A stretch of 64,000 bases of DNA from the human T2T-CHM13v2.0 reference genome, Homo sapiens, in NCBI RefSeq assembly GCF_009914755.1, contig NC_060935.1; one strand, written 5' to 3'. A model generated the notes under the pieces. That model was not told the origin of the DNA. It did not search any database and saw only the letters and a program-made list of their open reading frames with translations. Below, in pieces: positions 1-11,848 of the stretch. Position 1 is the stretch's first letter; each line of letters begins with the position of its first letter. A program made the position numbers and the translations under genes.

Positions 1-59
1 GTTTCTGCTCTTCTTCTCGGTAAAGCTTCTTACAATAAAGATCTTCATGTACAGTCTTC

Positions 60-516
60 ACTTTTTCAGCACTCGCACTTCCGCTTTCCAGCCTGGCGTT
101 GGTCCACACCACCCCACTAAAGCTACTCTCATCAAGGTCATCAGCAACATTTATAATGCCAAGTGCAGTGCTCAATTTCCAATCTTTAATCTACCTCTCA
201 GCAGCGCTTGACATAGATGACCCTTTCTGTCTTTGTGAAATTGTTCCTCTTGGCCTCCCTGGCATCGCGCCGTCCTGTCTTTCTTCTTACCTCACTAAAC
301 CCTACTCTGTTTCTTTTGTTTCCATCTTCTTCTCTGTATGCTGGGTCTGCAAGGTCTTGGTCTTCAGGCACTTCCTCTGTCGATCCACTTCTCCGGGAGA
401 TCTCATCCAGTCCTGTGGTTTCCAGTGACCTCTATATACTGGTGACTGCCAATTTTACATCACTGCCCAGACCTTCCCCATGAACTCCAGATTAATAAAG
501 ACATCCCACACTTAAT
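60..516 (+). mobile_element. LINE-2 (L2) fossil, RT-coding region, 5' part
   Basis: Frameshifted translation PHHPTKATLIKVISNI...LIYLSAALDIDD resembles L2 ORF2 'HHSTETALVKVTNDL...LLDLSAAFDTVDH'. The segment 'gatctcatccagtcc...cccagaccttcccc atgaactccag' is typical L2. Confidence 0.85.
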
Positions 517-1212
517 ATGTGATTTTGTTCATTGGTTCATCCATATTTTCATGTCTCTGAAATTGGGACACATCCTTCAATTGATAGCATCTTATAATCT
601 GCACCTGCCCAATGGAGAGGTTTAGTTGCCATTGCCTGAACAAGCACCGACTTAGTCACATTCCCTTCCCTTCATTGAGTGATAGGCATTGCTGGTACTA
701 CATGTGTTAGGGTTAATTGCCATTTAAAATTCCTTCAAAAATGATTCTTTGAATCACACAGTGATTCGCCATTGAAATAAAAATGATCACATACACAGCA
801 ATGCATAGAAAGGGAACAGCAGGGTGTAAATTTGATAACAGGGAAGTGCATATCTGTCTATGGAAGAATGACCACAATTCCGTATTCCCCTGCAAAACAA
901 CAATTAAGGGCTTTATGGGACCAAAGACAGAAAGAACATCCACAGCTGACAATTTTTTTGTTGAGACACATGAAAGGTTGTCTGTTACGCTTCAACCTAA
1001 GGCAGGGAGAAATGGGCAAATCCCTTGGAATAGCAGAAGAGTTCTGATCAAGGGAGGCTGGTATGACCAATTGAAAGTGTCCCTCACTCTTTCTTGGTGA
1101 CATTTAAGTTAATTACACACCTTAGAATAGATTACATCTGTTGACTGCCAATTTTATATCAATGCCCAGACCTTCCCCATGAACTTCATTGCATCCATTT
1201 GATGCAATATGT
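517..1212 (+). mobile_element. TcMar-Tc2 (Kanga/MER104-like) DNA transposon, internally deleted, with POGK-like transposase N-terminal remnant
   Basis: The left part 'tctctgaaattgggacacatccttcaattgatagcatcttataat' resembles the Kanga/MER104 subterminus. ORF 783-1100 (..CKFDNREVHICLWK..KGFMGPKTER..; adjacent frame GEMGKSLGIAEEF; GWYD) aligns by eye with the POGK Brinker-DBD/HTH region (KQFGVLEKNVRDWRK..AFRGPKNGR..KALEIA..GW). A degenerate right end lies at ~1188-1212. The element interrupts an L2. Confidence 0.7.
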
Positions 1213-2090
1213 GTTTCAAATGGAAATTGTAGTCCAACTATCTTCTGCCCCAGTGAGAGGCTGTTTTTCCCTGAGTCTCCCCTAACTTAGTTAAGGGCAC
1301 ACTTCTAAACTTATTGCCCAACCAAAACCTAAGATTTTTCCTTGTCCTTCCCTTTCCTTCACCCTTAACATCAAATCCATTAGCATTTCTTGTTAGTTCT
1401 ACCTATAAATATATCTCCAATCCATATTTATTCACGTTTGCGCCAATACCTTCATGAAAGGCACCTTGCCTGAACTCCTGCAGTTGCCTCCAGGTGGGTT
1501 TTGCTGCCTGCTCATTTTCAACCCATCCTTTATCTCATGCCTCCTACAATCCATTCTTCAAACAGTAACCTACATACTTTCCAAGCATACATCCAATTTT
1601 GTCACTCGGCTTTATACTTGGAATGAAATCCACACCCCTCCTCTGTGGTCTGTTGGCCTCCACTTGCCTCTTAGAGACCCTCATACATCCCCATCTTCCT
1701 CAGTGAGTATGCTCCACTAACCGTGTCCCTCCTTCTGGTTCTTAAACTTGCCAAGTTTGGTCTTACTTCAGGGACTGCACACTTGCCATGTCTTCTTCCT
1801 GGAAGGTTTTCCCTCCAGATCTGCTGCTGCTGGCTGCATTCCACAATTCAACTCTCAGAGAGCCCTTTCTCTTTCACCCTATTTACTTGCACTCCGTCCT
1901 TCTCTATCAGGTATTCTGTGTAACTTCCTGCAACTTTCTGAAACTGTCCTGTTAATTTGTTTACTTGCATATTGTTTATTTCCTCCAACTAAGGTATTAA
2001 TTCAAAATGACAGGGTATTGTCTTGTTCATCACTGATCTTTAAGACTTAAGGTGGTATTTGGTAAATAGTAGATAATTGCTCAATAATGT
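1213..2090 (+). mobile_element. LINE-2 (L2) 3' part, continuation after the DNA transposon
   Basis: Pyrimidine-rich L2 3' sequence ending in 'gtatttggtaaatagtagataattgctcaataa', an L2-type tail. Confidence 0.75.
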
Positions 2091-2352
2091 CAGAGTTAAA
2101 AAGGGAAAGAAAATTTCTTTATTATTACTGGGAAGTGATATATGAATGTAAGAGCATCATCCCTCCAAAACATGAAATATACCTCCTTTCTATCTAGAAA
2201 CTGGGACAAGTTGTTTAACTTCATTTACTTTCTGGTCACTTATTAATTTAGTGGCCATATTAAAATCCTTATCTCTCTGAGGGATTTTAAGAATATATTG
2301 AAACAATTTACACAAACAAATATCTTGCCACACAGTCAAGTCAACCTTACTA

Positions 2353-2686
2353 CAGCAGCCCTGCCTTATCCTCACGGGATAAGTTCTAAGATCCCCAGTG
2401 GATGTCTGAAACTCTTGGATAACACCAAAACCTATATATGCTATTTTTCCTCTTATACATCCTATATATAACATATGATAATGTTTAATTTATAAATTAG
2501 GCACACTAAGAGGTTAATAACAAAAACTAATAATAAAATAAAACAATTATAGCAACATACTGTAATAAAAGTAATATACATGTGATCTTGATCTCTCTCA
2601 CAAAATATCACACTGTACTGTATTTAACTATTTTTGGACTTCAATTGACTGCAGGTAACTGAAATGTGGATAAGGGAGAATGACTG
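2353..2686 (-). mobile_element. MER44A-like (Tigger7-derived) MITE
   Basis: TA flanks at 2351-2352 and 2687-2688; TIR-like ends 'cagcagccctgccttatcc' and 'ggataagggagaatgactg'; internal 'tttaatttataaattaggcac' matches MER44. Confidence 0.85.
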
Positions 2687-4479
2687 TATATCACTCTGAG
2701 AAGTGGATAAAAGCTCTTTCCCTCCTCCCAGAGTGCACAAATATGCTCTAGGGAAAGGGATAAATGTACATGCATAAGTAACTTTTCATTGAGCAGCTCC
2801 AAAGACCACAGGTAAAGGCACTTTCCTCATACAAACATTGGTTCACATTAAGTCTCTTTTCAAGGTGATTAAAACGACTCAGAAAGTTAAGATGTTCCCT
2901 TTTTGCAGTTAAGACCACAGAGTAGCATTTACGTTTTAAATATTGAAGACGCATGTCTGTCTCTAGCCACAGGCACTGGCTTACTATTTTCTTGGTCCCA
3001 GAGCCAGACCAACTAACTCCACTTACCATTTCTATCAGTGGCTTGAGGGTGTCCAGAGAATATAGTTACAAGACTGGATTTTTAAAAGGAAGGAAGAAAC
3101 CCAAGGCTCTCAGGAGAGGACCGAAGTGACTCAATGTGCCTGTCATGAGATTCAGTAAGTTTTCACCTAAGCAGATCTATTATGTGGCCAGAAAAAACAG
3201 TGTCACAAAAGACAGCCCTCTGCACTGGCACTGTCCTTTGCTTGTCAGTTTGTATACAAGAGCTACATACAATGCCCTGGAAAACAGCACTTCGTGGAAT
3301 TGTGTAATATTTTATAGCAGCATCCAGTCTGCAGACTCAAAATCCCAGTGACTAAGAACAAAGGTGGGACATGCAGAACATATGTGGGAAACATTCCTCG
3401 GACCCAGGGGTGGGACAGGTCAGCCAGGGGAGGAGGAGGCTGAAGAAAGGGAAGAGCCACAGAAAGGCTGAAAGTGGGGACAAAAGGCTTCCAGCACCTC
3501 CCTTGCACTCTATTTGGGCTTTGTCATACTTTCTGCCTTAACTCAAATACTACAGGGTCATCCCTGATGGGTATAAAGGGGAAGGAGTCATGGGTCAGAA
3601 AGAGTTCCTAGGACATTCTTGCCCTCGAGGTTTCCTGGCTTTGCAGCTGGAACCAGGGCTGGCTCCCGGGCAGGGAGAGGAGACGCTTCCTGATGAAGTT
3701 CGGGCCCACCCCTTTCTCTGAGCAAATATGCCAGTAGCATTTGGGTTAATGAACTGTGCCTTTTAATAAATGGTTCTTATCTCACCAGAGTGGTGCTAAA
3801 TTGTCAGGATTTTAAATTAACTTAATAGTTTCGTGGATGGTACTTACTCACTGGTTACTCCGAAAGTAGCGCGGCCCCCAGCCAGGACTTCTTATTGAAT
3901 TATGCAACAGTTAGTTATTTCATTTAGGTTTAAGGGGAAGTGTTTAGGATTAATGTGCAATGCCTCAGTGCCCCCCTTAATGGGCATTTCCAGGCCTCCC
4001 CTAAACTAAAAGCCAGTTATTAATCACTGGGTCACTCAGTTGTTCTGTCGATTGAGAGAAGTGATTGCTCTGGTCCAGGAATGGCCAACACCCTCCCCGG
4101 CCAAAAGAGGGAGACAAAACGCCTGTCTTCTCTTGCTCACGTTTGCAAAATATTTGCTGAGATGTGCAAACCCCTATCCTGCCTGTAAGAAGCTTACGTA
4201 AGTTAGAAAGTGGAAGTACTATGACAGAGGCAGCTGTGAAATCCTTGGACTTTTGAAGAGGAAGAAAAATGAATTCTGTGGAGAGGAGAGGCAGAGTAGG
4301 GGTGAAGCATCTAGAAGGTGCTAACATTTGAAAACTGTATAACATTTATGTGATTGAAAATATGAAGAGCATTCTAGGTAAAATTTTAATCTTGTGCCTC
4401 TCTACCAGATAATGATCAGCCTTTGGGCAAAAAGAATTGCCACTTTTGAGTATTTACTTTGAGGCTGGTGTGAGTTCAT

Positions 4480-4610
4480 TGCAGAACCTTATGAGGTATC
4501 AACCAGTTTGTTTTCACCTTGCAGATGAGAAAACTGGGGCTCCGAGATGGTAGATGCCTTGTCCAAACCTCCAGGATTTTTGGCACACAAAGATTCTAAC
4601 TCAAGCCCAA
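4480..4610 (-). mobile_element. MIR SINE fragment
   Basis: MIR core 'ttgcagatgagaaaactggggctccgaga...ttgtccaa'. Confidence 0.7.
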
Positions 4611-5499
4611 GTTCATCAGTGACATTGTTTTCTCGTATTCTCAGCTAAATCACTCCTGCCCTGCAGACGTCACATCGGCACTCAGATCATCTGCAAAACT
4701 TTTGTCAGGGATTCCATTCTGTCACACCACAAACCTGACTTTATTGTTCAGTGGAGGGTGAGGCAATTCCTTTAATTTACTCCAGAGGCATCATATCATC
4801 CCAAAGCAGGTTCACCCATCATGCATCAGAAACTACCTTTGGAGAAACAGAAATCAGGTAGCATGTGGCAAGTATCAATGTTGTGCCAAGCACCGTGCCA
4901 GGCAGGGACTGCAGCAGGCAAGAGGTTGCTAAGACATTATCTGCACCCTCCAAAGCTGTCAGGGCCTACATAGGAGGAACACTGTCCCCACTAACTGGAG
5001 ATATGCAAGCCATGACAGAAATCATTGATTTCAGCAAACAACTAACAGGCAGGTGTACAGCCAAATACTAACTGTGAAGCGAAATCTAGTTAAGACTGCA
5101 AAGTATTAGCATCAAACACTTGTTTGAGAAGCAGAAGGAAGCAGGAGGGTGTATAATGGAGATTGAGAATGGACATTTACCCCTTTGCACTTTGAGTCCT
5201 CATTGAAGCTGCCCCTGAGAGCCCCCATCTGGGCTACAAAGAGGTGTTGGAGGGAGGAAACCTGGAGAAGCTTAGGCACAGCCTTCTGGCTGCCTTCCAC
5301 AGAGAGGTGCAGGAGTCCCACGGTAGTTAACTGGGACCGCCCTGCTGGGAACTTCAGGTGTCTCTGCCCCCGGGCAAGGACTCTACTGAGACTGAGGAGA
5401 AACAGAAAACAAAACCTGGCCCTTTCAGCTTCTCTGCTGGTCCCTGGGAGAGGCACAAGGGGCCTGCTGAGTGGAGTGACCTTGAGAAGGTCGAGCAGG

Positions 5500-5660
5500 C
5501 CTCTGAAGTGGTGCAGCGGCACGGGGGCAGGGGAGCGGCATGAGCCATAAAGGAAATATTGTCTATAAAAGCCCCGTTTTCCCTTTCTTCTGGAGCAGGC
5601 ACAAGGCACTGACTTCATTTTGCATTCATAAAGCCTGCCTTTGGAAGCGCCTTTAAGAAC
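5500..5660 (+). promoter_or_regulatory. Candidate TATA promoter/enhancer
   Basis: TATAAAAG at 5564-5571, GC-rich upstream, CCATAAA (5545) and TCATAAA (5626) CDX/posterior-HOX-type motifs, in non-repeat sequence. Motif evidence only. Confidence 0.3.
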
Positions 5661-6093
5661 TGCTGCAGGAAGCCTGAAGAAACATGTTGGAGGGTCAAAC
5701 ACACATCTCCTTGGGCTTTCTTTCATCTGTCTTAAAAACAAAAATCTCTCCTTTTTTAATCATCTCCTCCTGTAAAAAGGGCTAATCTTTTGTTAGCAGC
5801 AGCCTCCCATGGCACAGCATCTCAGCAATTAATACAAAAAAGCAAGGAAGATGCAGGTAGAGGAGGGGGCCTCTAGCTGAACAGGAAGAGGGCCTGGGAG
5901 TCAGGAAGGAAGGGTGAAGGATGGGAGAGGGGAAGCTGACCGGCTTTCCCTGGAGCAGGGAGCAACAGATGGCAGCTGCAAGGCAGGCCAGGCACGGGTC
6001 TCAGAGAAAACGTCCTATTGGGTTCAGGGTTTGGATGCAGATCTATAAATGTGGCCAGAAAATCCAAACTAGTTCCATCAAGGAGGGTGCAGA

Positions 6094-6410
6094 AGCCAGG
6101 TGTGGTAGCTCACACCTGTATTCTCCGAGGTAAGTGGATTGCTTGAGGCAAGGAGTTCAAGACCAGCCTGGGCAATACAGCAAGACACCATCTCTATCAA
6201 AACTAAAATAAATAAATTAATAAATTAGCCAGGCCTGGTGGTGCATACCCGTGGTCCCAGCCATTTAGGAGGCTGAGGTGGGAGGCTCACTTGAACCCAG
6301 GAGTTTGAGGTTGTAGTGAGCTATGAGCTGTGATTGTACCACTGCACTCCAGCCTAGGTGACAGAGTGAGACCCTGTCTCAGAAACAAACAAACAAACAA
6401 TAACCAAAAA

Positions 6411-6433
<23 letters not shown>
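6094..6433 (+). mobile_element. AluJ element with ~20-nt deletion in left arm
   Basis: AluJ-type diagnostics ('gattgcttgag', 'cctgggcaa', 'gtgagctatga'); 'cccagcactttgggagg' is missing; (CAAA)n/poly(A) tail. Confidence 0.92.
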
Positions 6434-6441
<8 letters not shown>

Positions 6442-6661
6442 GACAGAGGAAGTCATTTCGGTGGGCCATGTCTGTTGGATCTCTTCTTCCTGGGACACTT
6501 CCCTGATTTCTTGCGTCAATCTTTTTTTGTAATTATGTCGCCTTAACGGAAGAATATATCCTTCAACTCTGTTGTAAACAAATTGGTATTTTCTTTATTT
6601 CTGATTACGGCCTTTGCTTTAGGATTGTATTTCTAAAAATATACTATTACCCTGCTTAAAA

Positions 6662-6791
6662 CCCATTTATGCCTGGTGTTCCATTATTGGAACGCTAAAC
6701 ATGTGGGAGTTATTTATATCCTACTGCTCGAGGGCATCAGCAAGGTCTACATCTTCACACTGAAAAAATTGTAACCACAGGCATAAATGGG
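6662..6791 (+). mobile_element. MER85 piggyBac (PGBD3-related) MITE, copy 1
   Basis: 13-bp TIRs CCCATTTATGCCT...AGGCATAAATGGG, intact internal palindrome GTTCCATTATTGGAAC, 'gggagttatttatatcctactgctc' core, and TTAA in both flanks. Confidence 0.95.
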
Positions 6792-7255
6792 TTAAAAGCC
6801 TCCCAGGATGCCCCATTTTTCCTAGGCTAAAACTCCAAACACTACAGCGTTGGTTAAGGCTTTTGAGCCCTGAGTTCTATAAACATTTCACCCTCATTTG
6901 CTGCCAGACACTTATACCACATACTTCTATCCTCATATCCATGACTTGGCCATGTTCTGATGCAGTTTTGTCCCTGGGGGTTCCCACCTGGCAAATCCCT
7001 CCTCGATCATTAAAACTCTGCTAAAATATCACTTTCCTTGTGAGGGTTTCATGGACTCCTCCTGGGGGTTTTAATCATTTTCTCCCAGCTGCTTGAGTGG
7101 AAGTCCATGTGCATCACTTATAACGTGCTTATGAAATTGTAATGCAATGATTTGTTTATATGGATAATTTTAACCTCCAGATTTTCAAAAGCACGGAGAA
7201 TGACTTACCCTTCTTTCTAGCACAATGCCTGGTTCCTAGTTGGCACTGAGCACAC
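6792..7255 (+). mobile_element. L2 fragment, the MER85 insertion target (also ~6620-6661)
   Basis: 'cctgcttaaaa|gcctccc...aaaactccaaac' and 3' 'ctagcacaatgcctggttcctagttggcactga' are L2-like. Confidence 0.6.
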
Positions 7256-7428
7256 GTCTAAGCTAAAGATTGCTAAGGATGTAACAATATAAGACAATAA
7301 TCTACCCTCAACACTCAAAGGTAAGATGAGAAAGAGGAGAAAAAGGCTTCCGGATTGAGGTGATTTTATTTCACCAGACAAGACTAAGGGGATGGAGAGA
7401 AAAGGCCTCCTGAAGTATTTAGGGGGGG

Positions 7429-7430
<2 letters not shown>

Positions 7431-7474
<44 letters not shown>
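7431..7474. repeat. (GT)22 microsatellite
   Basis: Read directly from the sequence. Confidence 0.98.
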
Positions 7475-7478
<4 letters not shown>

Positions 7479-8691
7479 GAGAGCTGGGGAAGCCAAGTAA
7501 CATTGAGATGACTGCAGTCTACAACTCTTAGGGGTCCTGAAATCAGGGGAAGGTGATATTCTTCTCCCAAACTTGGAGGAGGAAACCCCCGGTGTCCCCA
7601 CATCGCAGTTGTACGTGGGGATGCCTTTCCGCCCACCATGCCAGATTTGCAGAGCACAAAGAGCATTCCGGGCATATCAGAGCACATGGCTGTCACTTCT
7701 TTGTACTTCTTTCCCAATTATGTGTTTGGAACAGAGCCCTAAGGACAGTTTTATGCAGCAAAGGGAACAAAACTATAAGCAGCATTTGTCTTACTTGTGT
7801 GAAAAGAGCTGTTGCAAAACCCCTTGCATGGTTAGATGAGAAAACATAGCTGGGCCCCTCTGTTCTCAAGCCTGGGATTCCTGGACCCAGACCTACGTGG
7901 ACCCTTGTCTTGCAGACTGAGGCCCGGGTGCCAGCCTGGCAAAGTGTTTTTCAGTGTCAATGCAATTCTAAGAGCAAATTTCCTTTCATTGTATTGAACC
8001 CTAAGAGCTATACATTTTCCTCACCCTTTCCTGTTCTGTGTTAGCCTGGAAACTCCTGCCAGAAGGGATGTGAGAGCTGAGAAGGCAAGAACAGCATTTG
8101 TTTGGGGCTCATGGGCCTGTAAGTTCTCATCATGAAACAATGACGGACTCAGCAGGTTAGGACCTGTGAAATTTACCAGGATAGACCAAGCCCCAGGCTC
8201 AGCATGTATCATGTTTTGGGGCATTTCAGTTCCATGGAAATGATACTGTGCAGAAGAAAGGAAGGAGCAAACTAAGGAATGGGATGGAAAATAAAAGCAA
8301 ACAGTTGTTTATCATGTGTTTTCAACCCAAAGCATAGATTTGTGACTCTTATATTCACCTGCATAATCTCTATCACTTCAATTTCTACATATTCTAGAAT
8401 ATTAAGACAAAACTGTCCTCCTCTCTCCTCCCCACCATATCAAATTAGACATTTAGATAACATAGCAAAAGTAAAAAAGTTTGTTGAGTCACCCAAGTAA
8501 TTGACAGTAATGAATTTGTTGCTGAGTGATGTGGTTTATTGATGGCACTCGTATCTCATCTGCTGTCTGTGCTTATAAGTACAGTATTGGTGCTTAGCTT
8601 GTTGAGTTAATAAAATCTACAAAGTGGTTTTTAAAAAATAATATGTACTCTAAAGCAATTCTCAGCAAAAGCAACTCCCTTCTTACGGGGC

Positions 8692-8709
8692 GTGTGTGTG
8701 TGTGTGTGT
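8692..8709. repeat. (GT)9 microsatellite
   Basis: Read directly from the sequence. Confidence 0.85.
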
Positions 8710-9861
8710 ATGTTTCTTAATCATCACTAATAACAAGAAAGGGAAAATGTCTGCTTTCTGCTGAATCGTTTAAGTGGAGAAACCTACACTAGGAGAACCT
8801 TTTGTCATCAATGGTTTTAGATTCTGGGTGGAGCCTGGCCCAGTTACTGAGGTCTTAGGGCAAAGGATAACATTAAACCTTTAAGACCCAGCAAGACCTT
8901 ACACTGCCTTGGGGTGAAGACGAGGCAGACCTTCTGTACCTGGTTTTGTGAGGTTCACACAACTCTTTGGTCCCCTTCCTGCCTCAACTCTTCCCTTGTG
9001 CCCATAGAATAGATAACGGCTGTTCTTTCAAAGGATAGAGTCAGGTGCCAGAATAGAGTTGGTGCCACTTTGTAACCTCCTCGGAGAAGTCACAGCTTGC
9101 AAAAATATTGTTATCCATGTTAGTGAAGTAATTAAAATGAACTAATCATTTTCCAAAATATTTATGTATTGAAAGCAATTCCAACTGATTGCCTTTAAAT
9201 AGCATTTTATTCTGTTTTCAGTAATAAACAGGAGCGTGCTTCCTTTTGCTTTCTGGAGCGCCAGCCCACCCACTGTGGTGAAGCCGCCGGAGTGGTGTGA
9301 GTTGAGTACAAGTTGCGAACAGTGCTGATCAATGGCACGGCCCAACCTTCCAACCCTGAAAGAGCCCCTTGGCTGCTCTTGTCCTCAGGCCAGAGCCGTT
9401 TTGTCAGGAGCTTTGGGAAGAGCTACCATTCTGCAGTTACTGTGGAATTTTCTCCCCAAGTGGGAATCTTTGTCAGCTCAGTGCTATTTCCTTTATATCA
9501 CAGTCTGAGAGAACCAGTCGTCTGATTAAATTAAGGCAGGCACACAGACAGTTGGGTTGCCAAACCTAGGGATGTTATTAAAAATAATAGTGTTTATGGC
9601 TGTGTTGTCTTTGAAGGTGCAAGTGAGACACATGTTCCTGCCGTGTGGGCAGCAGGTTCCTGGCAGTCCAAACCCGTGGGGACAAGCAGGACAAGTTATG
9701 GAGATGAAAAGGCAGGAAAAATGAGTCCACATGGTTACTGTGTTGATCTGGCTGTGAGGAGGGCAGGGGAGACGAGGAGGGCAGGGGAGACCATGAGGAC
9801 AAGGCCTCCTGTGGCGAAAGGCAGAGGGAAGGTGCAGGGACAATCTCTGGTAGAGTAATAG

Positions 9862-9960
9862 AATCCTGGTTCTTAGACCCAGCTTGACCCTAACTAGCTA
9901 TGTAATTTTGGGCAAGCCTGCAACTGAACCTCAATTCATCGGCCTTACCTGTGAACAATA
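9862..9960 (+). mobile_element. MIR fragment
   Basis: 'cctggttct...actagctatgtaattttgggcaag...acctcaatt'. Confidence 0.6.
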
Positions 9961-11499
9961 GATCTTTAAGGTTTCTTCCACCAGTGTCGCTCCTGAACTC
10001 TTGAAAAAGAATCCACAGGCAGAGAAAAGGAGGAGCAGGGTATTCTGGTGAAAGGTGGGGCAGCATGAAGCAGGTAAACTCTAGAGACACATGTTACACT
10101 GTGGCTCTGTCCACCAATTCTGGGAGATGAAGCAAACCCATGTCCTGGGGGCATGGATTTTCTTTGAGCAGAGGCTGGAGAGCTGAGGTCTCTTCCTTCC
10201 CTCTCCAGGACTGAGTGGACAGTCTGCCTGCTGCCTTTGCCTCTGGCCTGCCCATTGCTGAGCTTACACTCTGCTGGGACCCCAGTCTCTGATCCCTCTA
10301 AAGGGGCCAGTGCTAGAGGTTGGACCCAAGTTTCTCCCATGATGAGTGCTGCTGTGTGCAGATCAGGGCAGCAGGTCCGGGACTGCCACTTCCATCAGAC
10401 AGGTTCTTTCTGAAGTTCAGGAGCATTCGGGAGTGAATGGAGTCCTTTGGAGGAGAAAGGATCAAGGGCAACACTCTGTGAGGTTCTTTGGATGCATATA
10501 CCATGGTCTCCCATGCTCTGCCCTGGCTGTTTTCCCAGCATCCCTGGTTTTTGCAAGTACTGGCATGTGATGGACTGCTGCCAGTGATGGACAGAGATCC
10601 TTAATTGGTTCCTCATTCCTTCTTTAACTTTGTCCAAATCAGCCTGCCTATTTCTTCATTTACAATGTCCTGCCTTCCTGTCAATGTACTTGCATTTTTC
10701 TAAGTTCTTGCAGGTTCTTTCCAACCCTTCAGAAGCTTGCATGTTAGTCCTTCCATTGCCAAACAGGGTTGTCTATACAGTGCTGCTACCCAGGCCTTTG
10801 GAAAGCAAATTGTGCATCCCTAAGCCCTAAGCCCCAAACCCAACAGATTCCAGTCTCCCCACTTGCTTCTGACTCCTAGTGTGAACAATTGTGATGACGC
10901 TGGTGTGCATCAGGCAAAAGCCAGGTCAGATTCTTCCCTTGAGACTGATAGGACCATTTATTATTAGTGAATCCAATAGCAGGCCATCTGGAGAGATAAT
11001 AAAGGATGGAATTGGAATGGGGTTGAGCTGTAATTGCAGACTCTTAAAAAGGATCCTAGGTGTGATTTTCTAAGTCAATGGGTTTTGAACTTAAAAAATT
11101 AGTGGCACCTTTCTACAAAGAGAATCTCCTCGCAGTGCCCAATATATAAAGCAGATGAAGTGAGTTTGCTCTGGAAGAAACTGGGTCGGCCTGATGCCTG
11201 GTGTGCCACAGCTCTTCCCAGAAGCTTTTGGAACCCCCTCTGAGCCCTGGCTGTGGTGAGCACACACTGAATGCTATTCGTCTAAGCTGACAAACTCTTC
11301 TCCAGGCAAGGTCATTATGGGAAATGCTTAGCTAATTTATATCCATATTGCTTGAGAATATAATCATATACCACATTATTAAGCATAAACAAAATAACCC
11401 TAAATCAGTTATTCAAAATTGCACATCTAGTAAAGAGTAGAACAGAAACCAGGACTGTGGGCACCTGACTTTTAGGCCAGGACTCCTTCTCCTAAACCA

Positions 11500-11662
11500 G
11501 TAGCCCAGACAGTAGCCACCTATCACCAGGAATCTGTCAGAAAGCAGATTCCCAGGCTCAACTCCAGGCCTACTGGATCTGAAAATGTGGGGGTGAGGCC
11601 CAGAAATCTGTATTTTAAGAAGGTCTCCAGGTGATTCTGATGTATGCTGAAGAACAACTGTC
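11500..11662. mobile_element. MER5A (hAT-Charlie) MITE
   Basis: 'cagattcccaggctc...gaggcccagaaatctgtattttaagaaggtctccaggtgattctgatg' matches MER5A. Confidence 0.8.
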
Positions 11663-11848
11663 ATGGCCTAAACCACGATGACTCTTGAATTTCCCCATTA
11701 ATTTATAATTTTCTTAGTGGTACATGGGTTAATATCTTGGAGGTTTTTGCCCTCATTGTCTTTATGTGTTTATTTTGGTAGTGGGCACAGGAGGTAGTAG
11801 GGAAGACTTAAACATATACACAATGTCCTTCATTATTTACTTTGGGAC

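Noticed and set aside
4206-4217. GAAAGTGGAAGT IRF-ETS composite-like motif
   Set aside because: A single short motif that could occur by chance in 64 kb, with no supporting cluster.
5112-5741. 209-aa minus-strand ORF
   Set aside because: Non-ATG start, no recognisable homology, and composition like translated non-coding DNA.
8966-8978. TTTGGTCCCCTTC, matching the 5' part of miR-133
   Set aside because: Only 13 nt match; the sequence then diverges and no complementary precursor arm is apparent.
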